Part shown: positions 23,801 to 36,636 of the stretch, piece after piece
Numbering within the stretch: position 1 is the stretch's first letter
How the letters are laid out: every line of letters starts with the position of its first letter
Assembly (NCBI GenBank): GCA_023231475.1
Contig: JALJEE010002344.1
Coordinates: forward strand, 1 to 36,911
Origin: Seison nebaliae
Taxonomy: Eukaryota
Direction: 5' to 3'
DNA length: 36,911 bases
The notes under the pieces: generated by a model
The model's database searches: none
What the model was told of the DNA's origin: nothing
Seen by the model: only the letters and a program-made list of their open reading frames with translations
Made by a program: the position numbers and the translations under genes

Positions 23801-26800
23801 ATATCGTCAATAAAATAGATTAATCTTTTCGAACCAGGAGGTCCATAATTCTTACCGGCTTTCTTCTCTAACGGCTTCTCTAAGATTTTTTGTAACATTT
23901 CAGAAGTCGTGTAAAAGTTGAAAGGAACATTGACAACTGTCCAACTTTCGGGATTAAGTTGATTCAATTTATCTTTAACTAAAACAGTTTTTCCTAAACC
24001 TGCATTGCCGACTAACATCATTGGTCGATTTTTTTCCACTAACAAATCCATAAAGAAGCGAATACGAGTAGTTTCTGTTGTGTTGACTAAAGTGGCTTGT
24101 AGTGGAACATCCGGATCTAATTCGAAACTTTGAACAATTTTTGTCCATGGCTCAAATTTTTTAGTTTCCGAATCAATATAATAATCGAAGACGGTTCCTT
24201 GAGTCGGAAATTTGACTGTTTTGAATTCGGTTGTCCACCACTTCGAGAATTCAATCCGATGATCAGCTAATTGATCTTGGAACAGACAACCACCGAAAGC
24301 CCAAATTGTGGCGAAAACGAAAAATTGTTCATAAACATCTTTCGATGAATCGGGACTGATATTGGGGGGAATTAATAAACATTCCAATAATGAACACAAC
24401 ATCGACAAATGTGCTCCTTCAACTATTGGAGTAATTTTCTTAAATCGAATTTTAAACGCTTCCAATAATGGTGGAACATATTTCTCAAACAGAATACTTA
24501 AGTTCGCCCGTTCCGTCTGCATTTCTCGAGTATCAATCCAAGAAGTGACTGGTGGATTCCATCCCAAATCAGCTGGATTGATATAGAGAATACCTGCACG
24601 CGATACAGTTGCTGGTGTGGCAGTTTTCAAATGAGATATTTCAAATAACAGTCTCATGGAGGGTGTTAAAGGTATACGTTCGTTTGATGCTAAAGTCAAA
24701 ATTTTATTGTCGTCCATAACAGTGTTCAACGATTCAATCCACATAGGATCAATATCTCCATCTAATACGATCCATTTCCATCCGTCACTTGTCAAGACGG
24801 CCAAATCTCTCATGATAACAGAAAAGAGACCATCCTTCCATTCTCTAGTAGATGGATTGATGATACCAAACAATTCATCGTTTGTTACGGCCTTCGGATT
24901 AAGGTCAATTGCAATCGGTTTCATTTTATCATTCTGATAAGTTTTGTGTAATGTCTTCCATACTTGTGTCTTTCCAGTTCCTGTTAATCCGATAATGAAC
25001 ACTGAATGACGTACAGCGAATAATTCTTGGAGTTGAACAACTTTCAATATAAATGAGTCTTCTGGTTGTAGATGAAGATCGACAGCCGCTTGTTTTACTT
25101 TCTTTTCAAAATCGAGATCTCGTTTACGTGGGACATCTAATGCAGGAAATAAATCGCCAATCAATCCCATAAAAATTGGGAGATCATCAGTCACAATTTT
25201 TGGTACATTGAAATCACGAAGAGCTCTCATCAGCACTTGATCTTCAGGGCGTTGTTTATCATCTCTTTTCAACGTACCTGCAACAACGAGAACAGATTTG
25301 ATTGCACGTAGACCCCAATCATAATGATCCTGTTTGGACAACAATTCTTTACATAACGAATATAGTGTAATGAATTTTCTTGCCAATAATCTAGCTTCTA
25401 AGAAACCTTCGGCCACTAACATAATTTCACAGATTAAGTCGAAATCTGGTACCACCATGGCACAAGGACGGAATAATGCTTTAAGATTCTCAGGTAATTC
25501 AGTTCGACCGGCATATCCAGGATTCATTGTAATAAAGAGACCGACAGTTGGTATCATCACAATATCTTCTCCCATAAACATAAAACGTTTTTTCTTATCC
25601 TTAATTGCATCTTGAATCGATTTAACTTGTACAGCCACTACAGATAACACTTCAACGGAAATTCGGTTAAATTCATCGAAACAACCCCAGGCACCACTTT
25701 GGGCGAGACCTTTGTAAATGTTTCCACAACTTTTATAATCCATTTGTTCACTGCAATTGAACACGTACACCATCATTCCTAACGATCGACCTAAATCTTT
25801 TGTCGTTTCAGTTTTACCAGTTCCAGCCGGACCTGCTGGTGCTCCACCCATACACAAATGGAGAGATTGAGTTAAAGTGATATAACAACGATCAGTTAAC
25901 GGTGTAATTACGAGACGTGGTTGATTTCCAAGATATTCATGCCAATATCGAAATTGAGCGTCACAGATATTGGCGAAACAATCTTTAATTTGGTCATCCC
26001 AACGATGTCTCATTTGACATTGCCACATAAATTCTCCAGCCGTTTCCACTTTATTCGCTATCATCTTTCCCACAACGTCTCTCGCATGGACATCGATTGT
26101 ACAGATTGTCATAATCTTTTGACGATCACCTTTATTAAGATCTCCTATCAATAATTGAATTAATGTGTTTAATTGTGAGACTTGTTTCTTGAAATAGTCC
26201 TTTAAAGCATTCTCATATGCTTCCTCCAATTTTTGAAATGCAATATTCACTTCTGTTGTCCACCAAATCTGTGATCCGGTTAATGCCGATTGTGCATTAT
26301 AATCAAAGATCCATTGTTCTCTCGGCTTCTCCTCATAACTATTGACGGCTTCACTTAAATGATAATGAACCGTTTCTCGTTGTTTGTCCAATAATCGGTT
26401 TAACCAAATTTCCACTTGTCCACTCAAATCACATTTGGAGGGAAATTCTAAATATTCTCCATCTTTCGCCCACATACCAGAAGAAGTTTTCTCCGTTACA
26501 TTTCCTTCTTTGTCCATCGGTATTTTCAGTTTGGACATAGAATCAAATAACTTCGTCAAATGTTTCATGACAATTTCGGGCTGATTTCCATTAGACAAAA
26601 TGTCCAATAAATCCGTTGACGAGATGAAATAAAAACGTGGGAATGCCAAACGTTTCGTTTCTAAATATTCTGCTAAAGCTTTCTCACAAAGAGCCAATTG
26701 CTTTTGCACTTCTTCGAGATCTTCATACAAATGATCTCTGTTTGTACATCGTACAACATTCAAATCGCTTGCATTCACTTCCGCAATTTCTTTAAATCGT

Positions 26801-29800
26801 TTATCCATTTGATCAAAACGTGCCGAATCTTCGGGTAATTGTTTCCTGATATCTTCCGTTCCAATAAAGATCGATTCCAAATGAGACCATGTTCGTTGAA
26901 CATCTAATAATATCGAGATAACTTGATCGGCCTGTGACAGTTTCTTCTGCCAACTTGATACTTCTTTGAAAAAATAAGAAATATATTTATTTGTTATCAT
27001 ATTCTGTAATTGATTCTGGAAATCTTCCAACTTTTCTATCAATTCATCTGACGTCACTAACAACGTAGTTTTACTTCGAGTATGAACTTCTGTCAAGAAA
27101 TCCATATCGGCCCATATCGTATCTAATTCGGTCAACATCTTCTCCATCGAACTTTCCTTATTCGCTTTATCGACAATCGTTTTTACTTCTTCTTCATATT
27201 GATGGAGATTTAATGACAACAAATCTTCAAGAGTTGTATCATCATTCATTTCGAATTTGACACCAGTCGCCACCATAATTTGTTGCCAATGACGATCACG
27301 AATCGCATTACTTTGTAATTCCTTCACAGCCTGCAAAGATGTTATCATATTTTTCACAGCTGTCTCCAATCCACTGAATGCATTCCATGCTCGCACTTCC
27401 TTATCAAGACCACGAATATCTTTTGCAAATTTCTTCGTTTCCGTGTCCATAATATCCACATTGATATCTTTCCATTTCGTTTTATTCCAGTTTTTGAATG
27501 TCGTCAAAATAACATTGATATAATCCCATAAATTCTTAATCATCTTAATTTCTTTTCGACACATACGAATTTGTTTAAATTCCGATAATGTTACTTCAAA
27601 TAATTTTGCCGAACTATTGATATCTCTCATCTTCTCTTCCATTTCTGTTAAGTCGGCATTACATTTGTCTAGCTTCTTATATGGATTTTCCGATTCATAA
27701 TTGAATGGAGCAGTCGCACGGAATCGTTCACGATAATTATTTTGTTCCAAATCGAAGAGGGTAATATCGTTTCGAATTTTATTCACTTGCTTCCCTTGTA
27801 ATGGAGCGACTTGTTGTTTGACAGTTATCGCATTCTTCTTTGTATTGTTCCATTGTTCAGGCAAATCCTGCAACTGCAAATGGACTTGATCGGGTAATTC
27901 CTGTCCATAAGTTTTCAACAATTCTATAGTCTCTTTTAACGGTTCGAACATCTCATCCGTTGTGTTCTGTCTCTCCTTCACTTTCCCTAAGTGATCCATA
28001 CATTCCACCAATCCATCATAATCTCCATCTTTTAACTTCTTACTTAAACCTGTATCGACACGAGTGATGAAATCTTCTAATTCCTTCAAACTATTCGTCA
28101 CATGATCAATGAGATGTTGTTTGAACATGTCACTCCACTTCTTAATGATTGTTAATAACGAATTTTTAAATGGTCGCAAATCAACGCGGAACCAATTATC
28201 AAAGATTTGGATGTGTTGCAAATTCTCAACATCTTCATACTTCTTCTCAAAACTGTCAATTTGTTCTTTGAATTGAGCGAGAGTTGGAGGACATTTCGGA
28301 ATACCTTTTTCATCCGTCGCACCTTGTCCCGCAATCAACAACTTCTCATGTTCCTCATTCGACAACGGATGGTTATAAATTAGGAATTCTTTCATATATT
28401 GAACTTGACTATTCTCCCAAAGATAAGCATATTGTTCGAATCCATGTCGATAATCTTCAGCTTTCTGCATCACCTCATTAACTTGTGCCATGAATGATGT
28501 ACGCAAATCATTCAAATCTGCTGTATTTTCCACATTATCTTGATAATGTTTCAAATCCAAATGTTTTGCCAGTCGAGGAATCAACGAAGCTTGCTTACAA
28601 ACATTACCCAACAATCCATCAACTTGATCATAAAAACCGTCGGGTGCATTATCTTCGAGGGACGGATTGAACGCTGTATCTTTTTGATCACCACCCGTCA
28701 ATATCATTTGTGCTTCGAATAATGGATCGGGATTATTCGCTGGATTAGTTTGTTGATCAAAGAATCTGAACGAACATTGGACAATATCGAAACAACCATC
28801 AACGACCATCTCATCAACATATTCCACATATTTCCGCCATTCCAATGATGAAACATCGGTCACTTTGAACAATTCTTGATTCTGTTTCAATAGCCCATGG
28901 ATTTTCGTACCAGCTTCCTCAATCTCTTTGAATCGTTTATGTAATCGTTCTTCTTTATCTTCTGTCATGAGCAAAGTATTATTCTTCGCTTCATGTCGTT
29001 CGAATAAGGGAGTTTTCGTCCATGTCGACATAATCTTCTTAATTTCTTCTGTGTTCGATTTAGTATTAAGCAATCGTTCTTCTAAATCGTGTGTCTGTGT
29101 TCGTAGTTCAATCACATAGTCTTCTAATCCATCCGAATCCCACATCAAATCTTTCTCACCTCTTTTGATTACTTCGTCAATAGTCTGAATCTGTAAATTC
29201 AATAACGGATATTCCACTTCTAATATCTCATCTTTTATTCGATTATATGACTTCACCGCATAATCTAAATGATTCAATAAATTTCGATACTTGTCTTTCG
29301 ATTTATAAATTTCCGCAGCCTTCTCAGGAATATCAGTGATATCAGCCACTTCCATATATTTCACTTCTTGTAAGACTGATTTCAACTTAATACGAAGAAA
29401 AAAAAACTAGATAGAAATATGAATTAAGCTTATGAACTTGTGGATCAAAATTTGATGCAATACGAATTATTTCAACTCGTTTAATAATATTCTGATGCAT
29501 GTTGAATTTTGATGCCTCATCCACTGTCTCTTGCCATTCCTTAAAAACTTGTTGTTCGAATTCTTCCAACAATTTCATAGTGGCTTCATGTTTCCCCATC
29601 ACTCGAGTGGCCTCTTCACTTTCAGTTACTCTGAAAAAATTTCATTATATTTTCCATCGAATAATAGATTAAACGGATGATGTATAGCTTCGAATCCAGT
29701 TTTAGCACTCACTAATCTCTCTTTCAATTCACTCGCCCATCGTAAAGAACCGGCCACTTTCGGCATAGCGCGATGTAAGTCAATCTTCCCCATTATCTTC

Positions 29801-31788
29801 TCTCGTTCCATTTGTTCTTCATAAATCTTCTTCACATCATCAATATTCTTATCGATCATGGTTAGTATGATTGGATATTTCGCTTCAAATTCTTTTTGAA
29901 TTAACGGTCTCTCCACAATGTTACCGAAAACATGAAGAAACTAAAAAAACATTTTTAGTATAAATATAAAACGATAATAAATTATATAAATAATTAACTT
30001 TATATACTGCTTCTGGTCCATTACAATCGTCAAATCCTTGACAAATGATCGCACATAATCGACGATCCAAATCAAAAGTATATTGTCGGAACTTATCATA
30101 ATCTTCAATGAATTCTTGACACATTGGATCAATCGGTTCGTAAGTTTTGTTCCCAAATTTTTCAAATTCATTTTTAAATTGTTCATAGATCTCGATGATT
30201 TTCGATGATAAATGTCTTCCGCTCAAACCAGCTAATTCCACCTTTTCCAATCGATTAAACTCAGCCGCCGTTTCCATCAAATCTTTCATCAATTCTACTC
30301 GGTGTACAAAGCCATTCCAACGACCGAAAATTAACTCGGGAGCTAATTCCCAATGTCGGACTTCCTTATCCTTGAAATATTCGTGAATTTTATTCTTATG
30401 CTTCTCATAAGAATTTTGATATGCGTCACAGAATTCATAAACAAATCGGGTTCTTTCCAAACCCTCGTCGATTTCCCCTTTGAACAATTCGATGGTGTCC
30501 ATATAACTTGTTGCCTATAAAACATCGGAAACATATTAAACATGTCAATCGAAGATAAATGTTAAACTTGTTTAATCATTAAATTACAAAATTGCTGAAG
30601 TAATAGAATTAATCGTTTAGGCGAATTATAATATTCCGATTCCGCCCATATCAACGCAAGATAGTGGAATAATGGATCGTTAAATTGCTTGACCTAGGAA
30701 CAATCGAATTAATGGTGAAGTACAGAATGATGGAGATAAAACTTCTGTGAAATCTTTCATTTCAATATCTTCAATTAACGTTGCTAATGGTTTTAAGAAT
30801 AGGTCGCAATCTTGCGCTTCTTTTAATGCTAAGGTAACATCTTGTACCATCTGGTGGAAGGAGGGGTAGTACCCCGAATTACTCTTCTCCAACAGATAAG
30901 CTATCTTGGAGATCTTTTCGCTTCTGAGCTATTAAAAGAATACGGTACGAAGTACGATCATAATGACAATGTGAATAAAAATGGAAATGAACTTGTTCAT
31001 AAATACAATCTAAATTTTTTAGCTTCATTTTCCAAAAATTAATTTCGAATATAGGAGTAATATCCGTTAATTTCATGATAATAGATGATGAATCCTTCTT
31101 CAACACTTCTTCCACTTGTTGAGTCCAATCGATGACTGCTGATTCTAATGAATGAATTAGTGTTTGATTAATCTTGTATCCTCTAAGTTACATCAGATAA
31201 ATTATTAACGAAACAATGAAACTGAATAAAAAAAAACTTTTTCGCCTTCGAATGTTCTTCATTCACATTCTCCGCACCTGATGGTAATGATAAAATCGTT
31301 TTGCCTTTTACTTGACCCTTCACAACGGAAACATTTGATCTGATGGAATGCACATGCCGTAACACGTCCTGTGAAACGACACTAGGCCAACCTCCGTGAT
31401 TAGCGACGTTACTCAACAAAGGCACATAAACATCGTCAACGAGTGATGCCAATTGTTCTAATGGAATATTAGACAAGTCACCGAATGACAATGTATCTTT
31501 CATCGGTTCATCTTTACCAATCGCCGACTTATTTTTCTTAATGAAATAACAGCCTTTCATTTTCAACGTTAAGGGGAAATTGTTCAAGACAGACAAAGCA
31601 CCAGCCGCATTCAAATAAATGATAAGGAAATCCTCATCGGCCGTATCGAGAAACGTATTAATGATTGTCTTATGATCTTCGATGTCATAAAATTTCTTCC
31701 ATTTGTCGGGTTTTTGTTTTAGAGTCTTGAGAGTATAATCGGCAATAAACACTAAGCGATTATCTCCCAATTCGAGATCTTCAGCCAT
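17818..31788 (-). CDS. Axonemal outer-arm dynein beta heavy chain (DNAH9/11/17 family), ~4482 aa, 11 exons
   Basis: Introns at 31183-31237, 30929-30992, 30694-30742, 30515-30567, 29941-29998, 29631-29674, 29386-29437, 18749-18797, 18419-18473 and 17980-18022 give a continuous frame. P-loops [24 protein letters not shown] and GVGGSGKQ, plus [44 protein letters not shown] and a C-terminus [12 protein letters not shown]. Confidence 0.97.
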
Positions 31789-31939
31789 TTTTCTTCTAAC
31801 TGACTGGTTGTATGATAAAATAAAGTAATATGTGAAGAAATTCGAGAAATTCGAAGTTTATTTCTTGTTACAAACAGTTACCGAGTTTGATTGTTTGATG
31901 ATATTTGGAGATTGTTTAAATATCAAATTGTTGAGAAAA

Positions 31940-31949
31940 CCTTAGCAAC
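31940..31949 (-). promoter_or_regulatory. Candidate RFX X-box half-site upstream of the dynein gene
   Basis: GTTGCTAAGG on the minus strand about 150 bp upstream of the dynein ATG. A forkhead-like TACAAACA lies at 31869-31876. The motifs are short and the support is contextual. Confidence 0.4.
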
Positions 31950-32281
31950 GAATAAAATATTCAATTCATAAAATATTTCTTTTCCTTCAATTTATAAAAA
32001 ATGAAAGATATCTTTAAATAAAATCCAAATAAAATAAAAGCTTCTAATGACGAACATCTGATATCACATGATGTAAGTTGAAGTTTCTTTTATATGGGAT
32101 AAGTCTTATATAATTCAACGTCTAGCACATTGAGAATGAAAAGATGATAGATTACTTCATTTGTTTACATGTCTACAGTTCACTACATCAAATAATATAT
32201 AGGAAATGAACTTTCAGCAGTTGAACAACTCAACATATTTCAATAAAATTAGTGTAGATATAATTAATTTATTCATAAAAA

Positions 32282-35200
32282 ATGATAAGAGATAAATTGA
32301 AGAATAGTTTCGATGTTATCATAAATGATATCGTACAACAATATACAAACTCTAAACACTTACCAACGGAAAAACAAGAAAAGTTTATCTTTCTATTAGA
32401 ACTTCTCATGATTCTTACGCGAGAGAGTAGTGTTCAAAATCTTCTGAAATGTATTCGCTTCATTTTCACTCACCAGTTGAGACGTGAGAAATTTATTGAG
32501 GATGTACGGTTCCCAAATTTCTGATTTCTCAATAATTTTCTCTTAATAAAATAATTCAATAGTTCACCATTAGGTAATGTTCTCTTTCAGCAATTGAATA
32601 AAGCGTCTGAAATTATCAGATCGGCATCTAACAAATCAGACAATGTCGATAATGATAATTTTGGTAAATTTATATTAAATCTCATTTTCTATTAATTTTC
32701 GGCATAAAAGGTAAATTATTATGGAAATTTTTTGGTGAAGTTGTCAATTCATGTTCGTCGATCATAAAGAATATTTATTTAGAATGTGAAGAGACAGAAA
32801 TTAAATCGAAATTGTCTGATGGAATCTCTTCTTACAGAATTTCCATATTTCTTATTCGATTATTGAATGAAGATCAATTAGTTCGATATTTATCTCAACT
32901 CAATCTGAAACATTCCCAGTTACTTTCCATGTTATGAGAGTTTTTCAAACTATTTCATCATTCAGATGTTACTATTATAATACGGAGAACTCTGAAGCAT
33001 TATTACTTGATGAAAAGTTTATTGAGTTAATGAAAGAAGTTGCTTTTTTTATCAATTTGATTCTTAAATCATTATTTCTGAAATCTTAATTTTTTTTCAA
33101 ATCAGAATTTGAATAAACTTATCAATAATGTTTCGTTCGATATCGATTTTCTCTTGTTCAATTTGGAAGAATATTTATTCAGTGTTGATGATCAATGTGA
33201 ATCGATTATCGATTTAAACACAGCGAAAATTTTGAATTCAAAAAATATCCAACAAACGAATGTTATTTCTAATATAAGATCGGTGACTATTTTGGAAGAT
33301 AACGAGGCATCGATAAGTGATTCATGTTCGGAAGATGAAATTGATGGTGAAGAAATGTCGATTAGTAATAACAAATTCCACAAGGATATTACCAATGATG
33401 ATCAGGAAGTAGAAGACCAAGCACAAAAAGTAGAAGATGATGTATCGTCCAGTTCAAATAATGAATCAGAAACTGTCAATATTTCACAAATACCATTTTC
33501 TCATCAATCTATTGATGATAATCAGTTAGAAATGAAATTTTATTTTAATTTAAATTTCAATTAAATTATAAATGTTTAGAAATGATTTACAAATATATTG
33601 TGAAACTATGAACTTTCTGACAAGTGAAATTATGAAATATATCGATGGAACTCATTTCGAAAAAATCAAACATTCAAAATCAGAGAATAATAAAGTTATT
33701 GAAACAAAAGATGCATTCACTCAAGTGTCGATGAATGATGAGAATATGGAAAATCGAATAAAATTATTGGAAAAAGAATTGTTGGCAGAACAACTTAAAC
33801 AGAAGGGTCGGGCAATGAGAGCAGCAAGTGATGTTCTGGAACAGAAGAATCTGCTGGAAACTGAAGTGAAAACATATGAACGACAAATTAAGGAAGTTTC
33901 ATTTTCTTCATTAAATTCCAACTCAAATTCGTTAAAGTTGGCCGAACAACATTCAGATTTGATAGAGATGATTCATCGATTACAAACGCAGATTAATTGG
34001 AAACAAGATACAGATATCCAGATAAAAGATATCCTTCAATTAACATTGGCAATGGATTTGGGATTATCTTCATCTAAAGACTTAATGAAATTTAAGGTAA
34101 TATATTTTCCATTTAACTCTTTCATTCATTCATCTCTTACATTATAGTTGAATAATGATGTTTTAACATTGTTCGATTATAATCATTCAATGCAAAAGTC
34201 TGACAAACAAAAAGAAGAGTTTGAAGACGTAAGCGAAAAAATTATTGACTGTCTCAAACAACATAAACAATCAAAGAAAAGTGAATTAGTAAAGTTTTCG
34301 AGTTCGGATCATTCATCAATTGAGAATAATAATCCGAGTGGACGTTTCAATCCATTTTCTCGTCAGAAATCGACGAATAAACCGGATCCAACAATTATTA
34401 TGACTGATCCACTATCTGATGATGTTTCTCTTTTATTTTACTCGCCTAAAATTATAACTGGAATTTAAAAATTCGTAGAGTTCTAAAATGAGTAATGGTT
34501 TGCACGAATCAACAGATGAAATTGATCGAGTTTTTAATGCGAAAACCAATTTAGAGAATTCCGAAGATATCACACACCCAAGATTGGTGTTCTCTGCCAA
34601 TTCTTCCAAAAATTCGTTTACAAGTTCCGACGATCGACCATCAATTATTGGTCACCAAGAACAATCGATATCAAATATTTTTCTTCAATATTTTCCTCGT
34701 AACAATATTGGGGGAACGAAATCGAGAATCCTCGACAACGTTTTCAATTCCTATTTACAACAGATAAATTCTATTATAATAACGATACCTATTGTCTTAC
34801 TTCGTCCACCATATATCCATCAAACGTCAACCGATTTACCATCTCTCAAAACGACACCAACAATCCGATATCATCATGTTTATCCAATTTTCATCCGAAT
34901 CAATTCCATGCAATGGTATGTAGTTAGACGATATTCGGAAATCTTGGCATTTTACGAACAAAATATGAAACAATTGAAATTAACAAATTACTATTCAATT
35001 TTCAAGAGCATCCTACCAAAATTCCCGAAGAAAACGAACTTATTAATAAATGTTAATAAATTAAAACTGAATTTCTTGAATGAATGAAAAATTTTAATTT
35101 TTAGGAATTAGATTTTCTCGAACATCGTCGGATAGATTTGAAAGTGTTCCTTCAACAATTCATTTACATTCTGTTGAACATTCGTCTGATCGAACATTTC

Positions 35201-35332
35201 CAAAATATAATTGAACAATTCCAACAACCATCGATTAGCAACGAAGTTAAATTCAAAGAATTTATTGATATTTTCAGAAACAAACAACTAGATCGTCACA
35301 TGATTTCTGAAGTTTTTCATATTCTACTTTAA
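32282..35332 (+). CDS. Sorting nexin-29-like protein (RUN domain, coiled coil, C-terminal PX domain), divergent
   Basis: Probable introns at 32383-32427, 32509-32562, 32664-32710, 32919-32965, 33039-33105, 33525-33579, 33896-33937, 34097-34147, 34424-34478 and 35052-35104. RUN-like segments ..IFTHQL and YY...ALLLDE...L..VSFDI. PX motifs HHVYPIFIRINSMQWYVVRRYSEI, PKFPKK and FLEHRRIDLKVFLQ. The start is uncertain (alternative ATG at 32206). Confidence 0.75.
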
Positions 35333-35392
35333 TTATTCTTCCTTTATTATTTGAGGAAAATTTTGAATGAATTTCTTTTTATTCTCCATAAA

Positions 35393-36173
35393 TTAATTTG
35401 AATAAAAATCGAAAATTGTTGAAACGAACGAATAACCAACATCATACAATGAGTGAAGTGTTTCCATATCCATCGATTTGTTAATGGAATTTGTTAATGG
35501 AATAAATGCACATAAATATTTTGTGTTTTTCGTATTATCTAATACTTCCACTTTCTCATCAAAATAAGATTTATAGAAATATGGTTGTTCAACATTAGAA
35601 TATACACAAATATATAATTCATCTGTTTCCAACCATTCCTTCGGCATAGGAATAATTTCTTCTTCATTCTTCAATAATAACACTGCCCCAACACACTTCT
35701 TTAATTCGATCGACTTCTTTAAAAGTTCTACCATCAGTCCATTGATACCATAACAAAGATTCTTTAGATTAAATAAACTCCTTAAAATATTACTATTAAA
35801 TCGAAAGAACTTTAATCGGACAATCATAAATGAATAGCACCGAAATATTTATTTGCATTTGGGGATATTCATTCCCGTTTATGACCGTTTGGAAGATGGA
35901 TAAGAAAATTTTTTGAAAATTCCGATATTGACACTCATTCTACAAAGAACAATCGAATTCGAACAATTAAATTTAATAGAACAAACCGCTGGAGGAATTT
36001 GACGAACTAGAAAATTAAGAAAACATGTCTCTGTTAATTCTTTGTGATAAAGAGCATTGATTGGGAGAGATGATATAATTTTCAAATAATTACAATCATC
36101 CTCAAATCCTATTGGAAATAAAGATTTAAAAAAGTAACAAATTTCAACTTTTTTTCGTATAATTTTCCTTCAT
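35393..36173 (-). CDS. RNase PH-fold exosome subunit, Rrp46/EXOSC5-like, ~214 aa, 4 exons, divergent
   Basis: Introns at 36109-36148, 35940-35986 and 35762-35810 join the ORF fragments into one frame. IFQTVINGNEYPQMQINISVLFIYD...CYGINGLMVELLKKSIEL parallels the Rrp46/Rrp41 pattern (..AVI....YP...I.I.LQV..D.G..L...INA...AL...GI.L). Length fits. Confidence 0.65.
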
Positions 36174-36623
36174 TATTCTTCCGCTTTAAATTATATTATA
36201 TTTGTAAATTTAAAAATGTTAGTTGACTCACGACAATCGTTGAACAGAAAGAATATTATTGAAAAACTTTTAAAATGTAGCAGATTTATATATATATTCT
36301 TTTTTATTTAGATATATCACTTATTTTCAATCTTATATTTTTTTGTGGTACATAACTTTTTTATATAATATGAAAAGATCTTAATAACAAGAAATTTATG
36401 GGTGTAACAAAATGTTCACATTTTTCATATGAGAGAAATCGTAAATCGAAAGCTTTTATGTTATAATACTTGTTACCAATTTATCATTAACTCGTTTAAT
36501 TGAGTTTACTGACATTGGTTCAATTTTAACGCCGACTAAACACTCATATTTCGGGATGTATGATTACTGGGGTTGGGGGAATGATCCGTGATCCAAAAAT
36601 GATAAGGATCGATCCTTCTATAC

Positions 36624-36636
36624 CAGGGGTGGGCAA
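36624..36636 (+). mobile_element. Possible isolated hAT-like terminal sequence CAGGGGTGGGCAA
   Basis: G-rich motif in AT-rich context resembling hAT terminal inverted repeats. No partner end is present in the window. Confidence 0.3.

Noticed and set aside
21071..30386. Many + strand ORFs (60-179 aa) opposite the dynein gene
   Set aside because: They are antisense shadows of a long, well-conserved CDS and show no recognisable motifs.
516..36173. Fragmented ORFs read as pseudogenes, frameshifting or an alternative genetic code
   Set aside because: Every break in the reconstructed genes is resolved by a GT-AG intron that restores frame and conserved motifs. TAA, TAG and TGA all occur as true stops.
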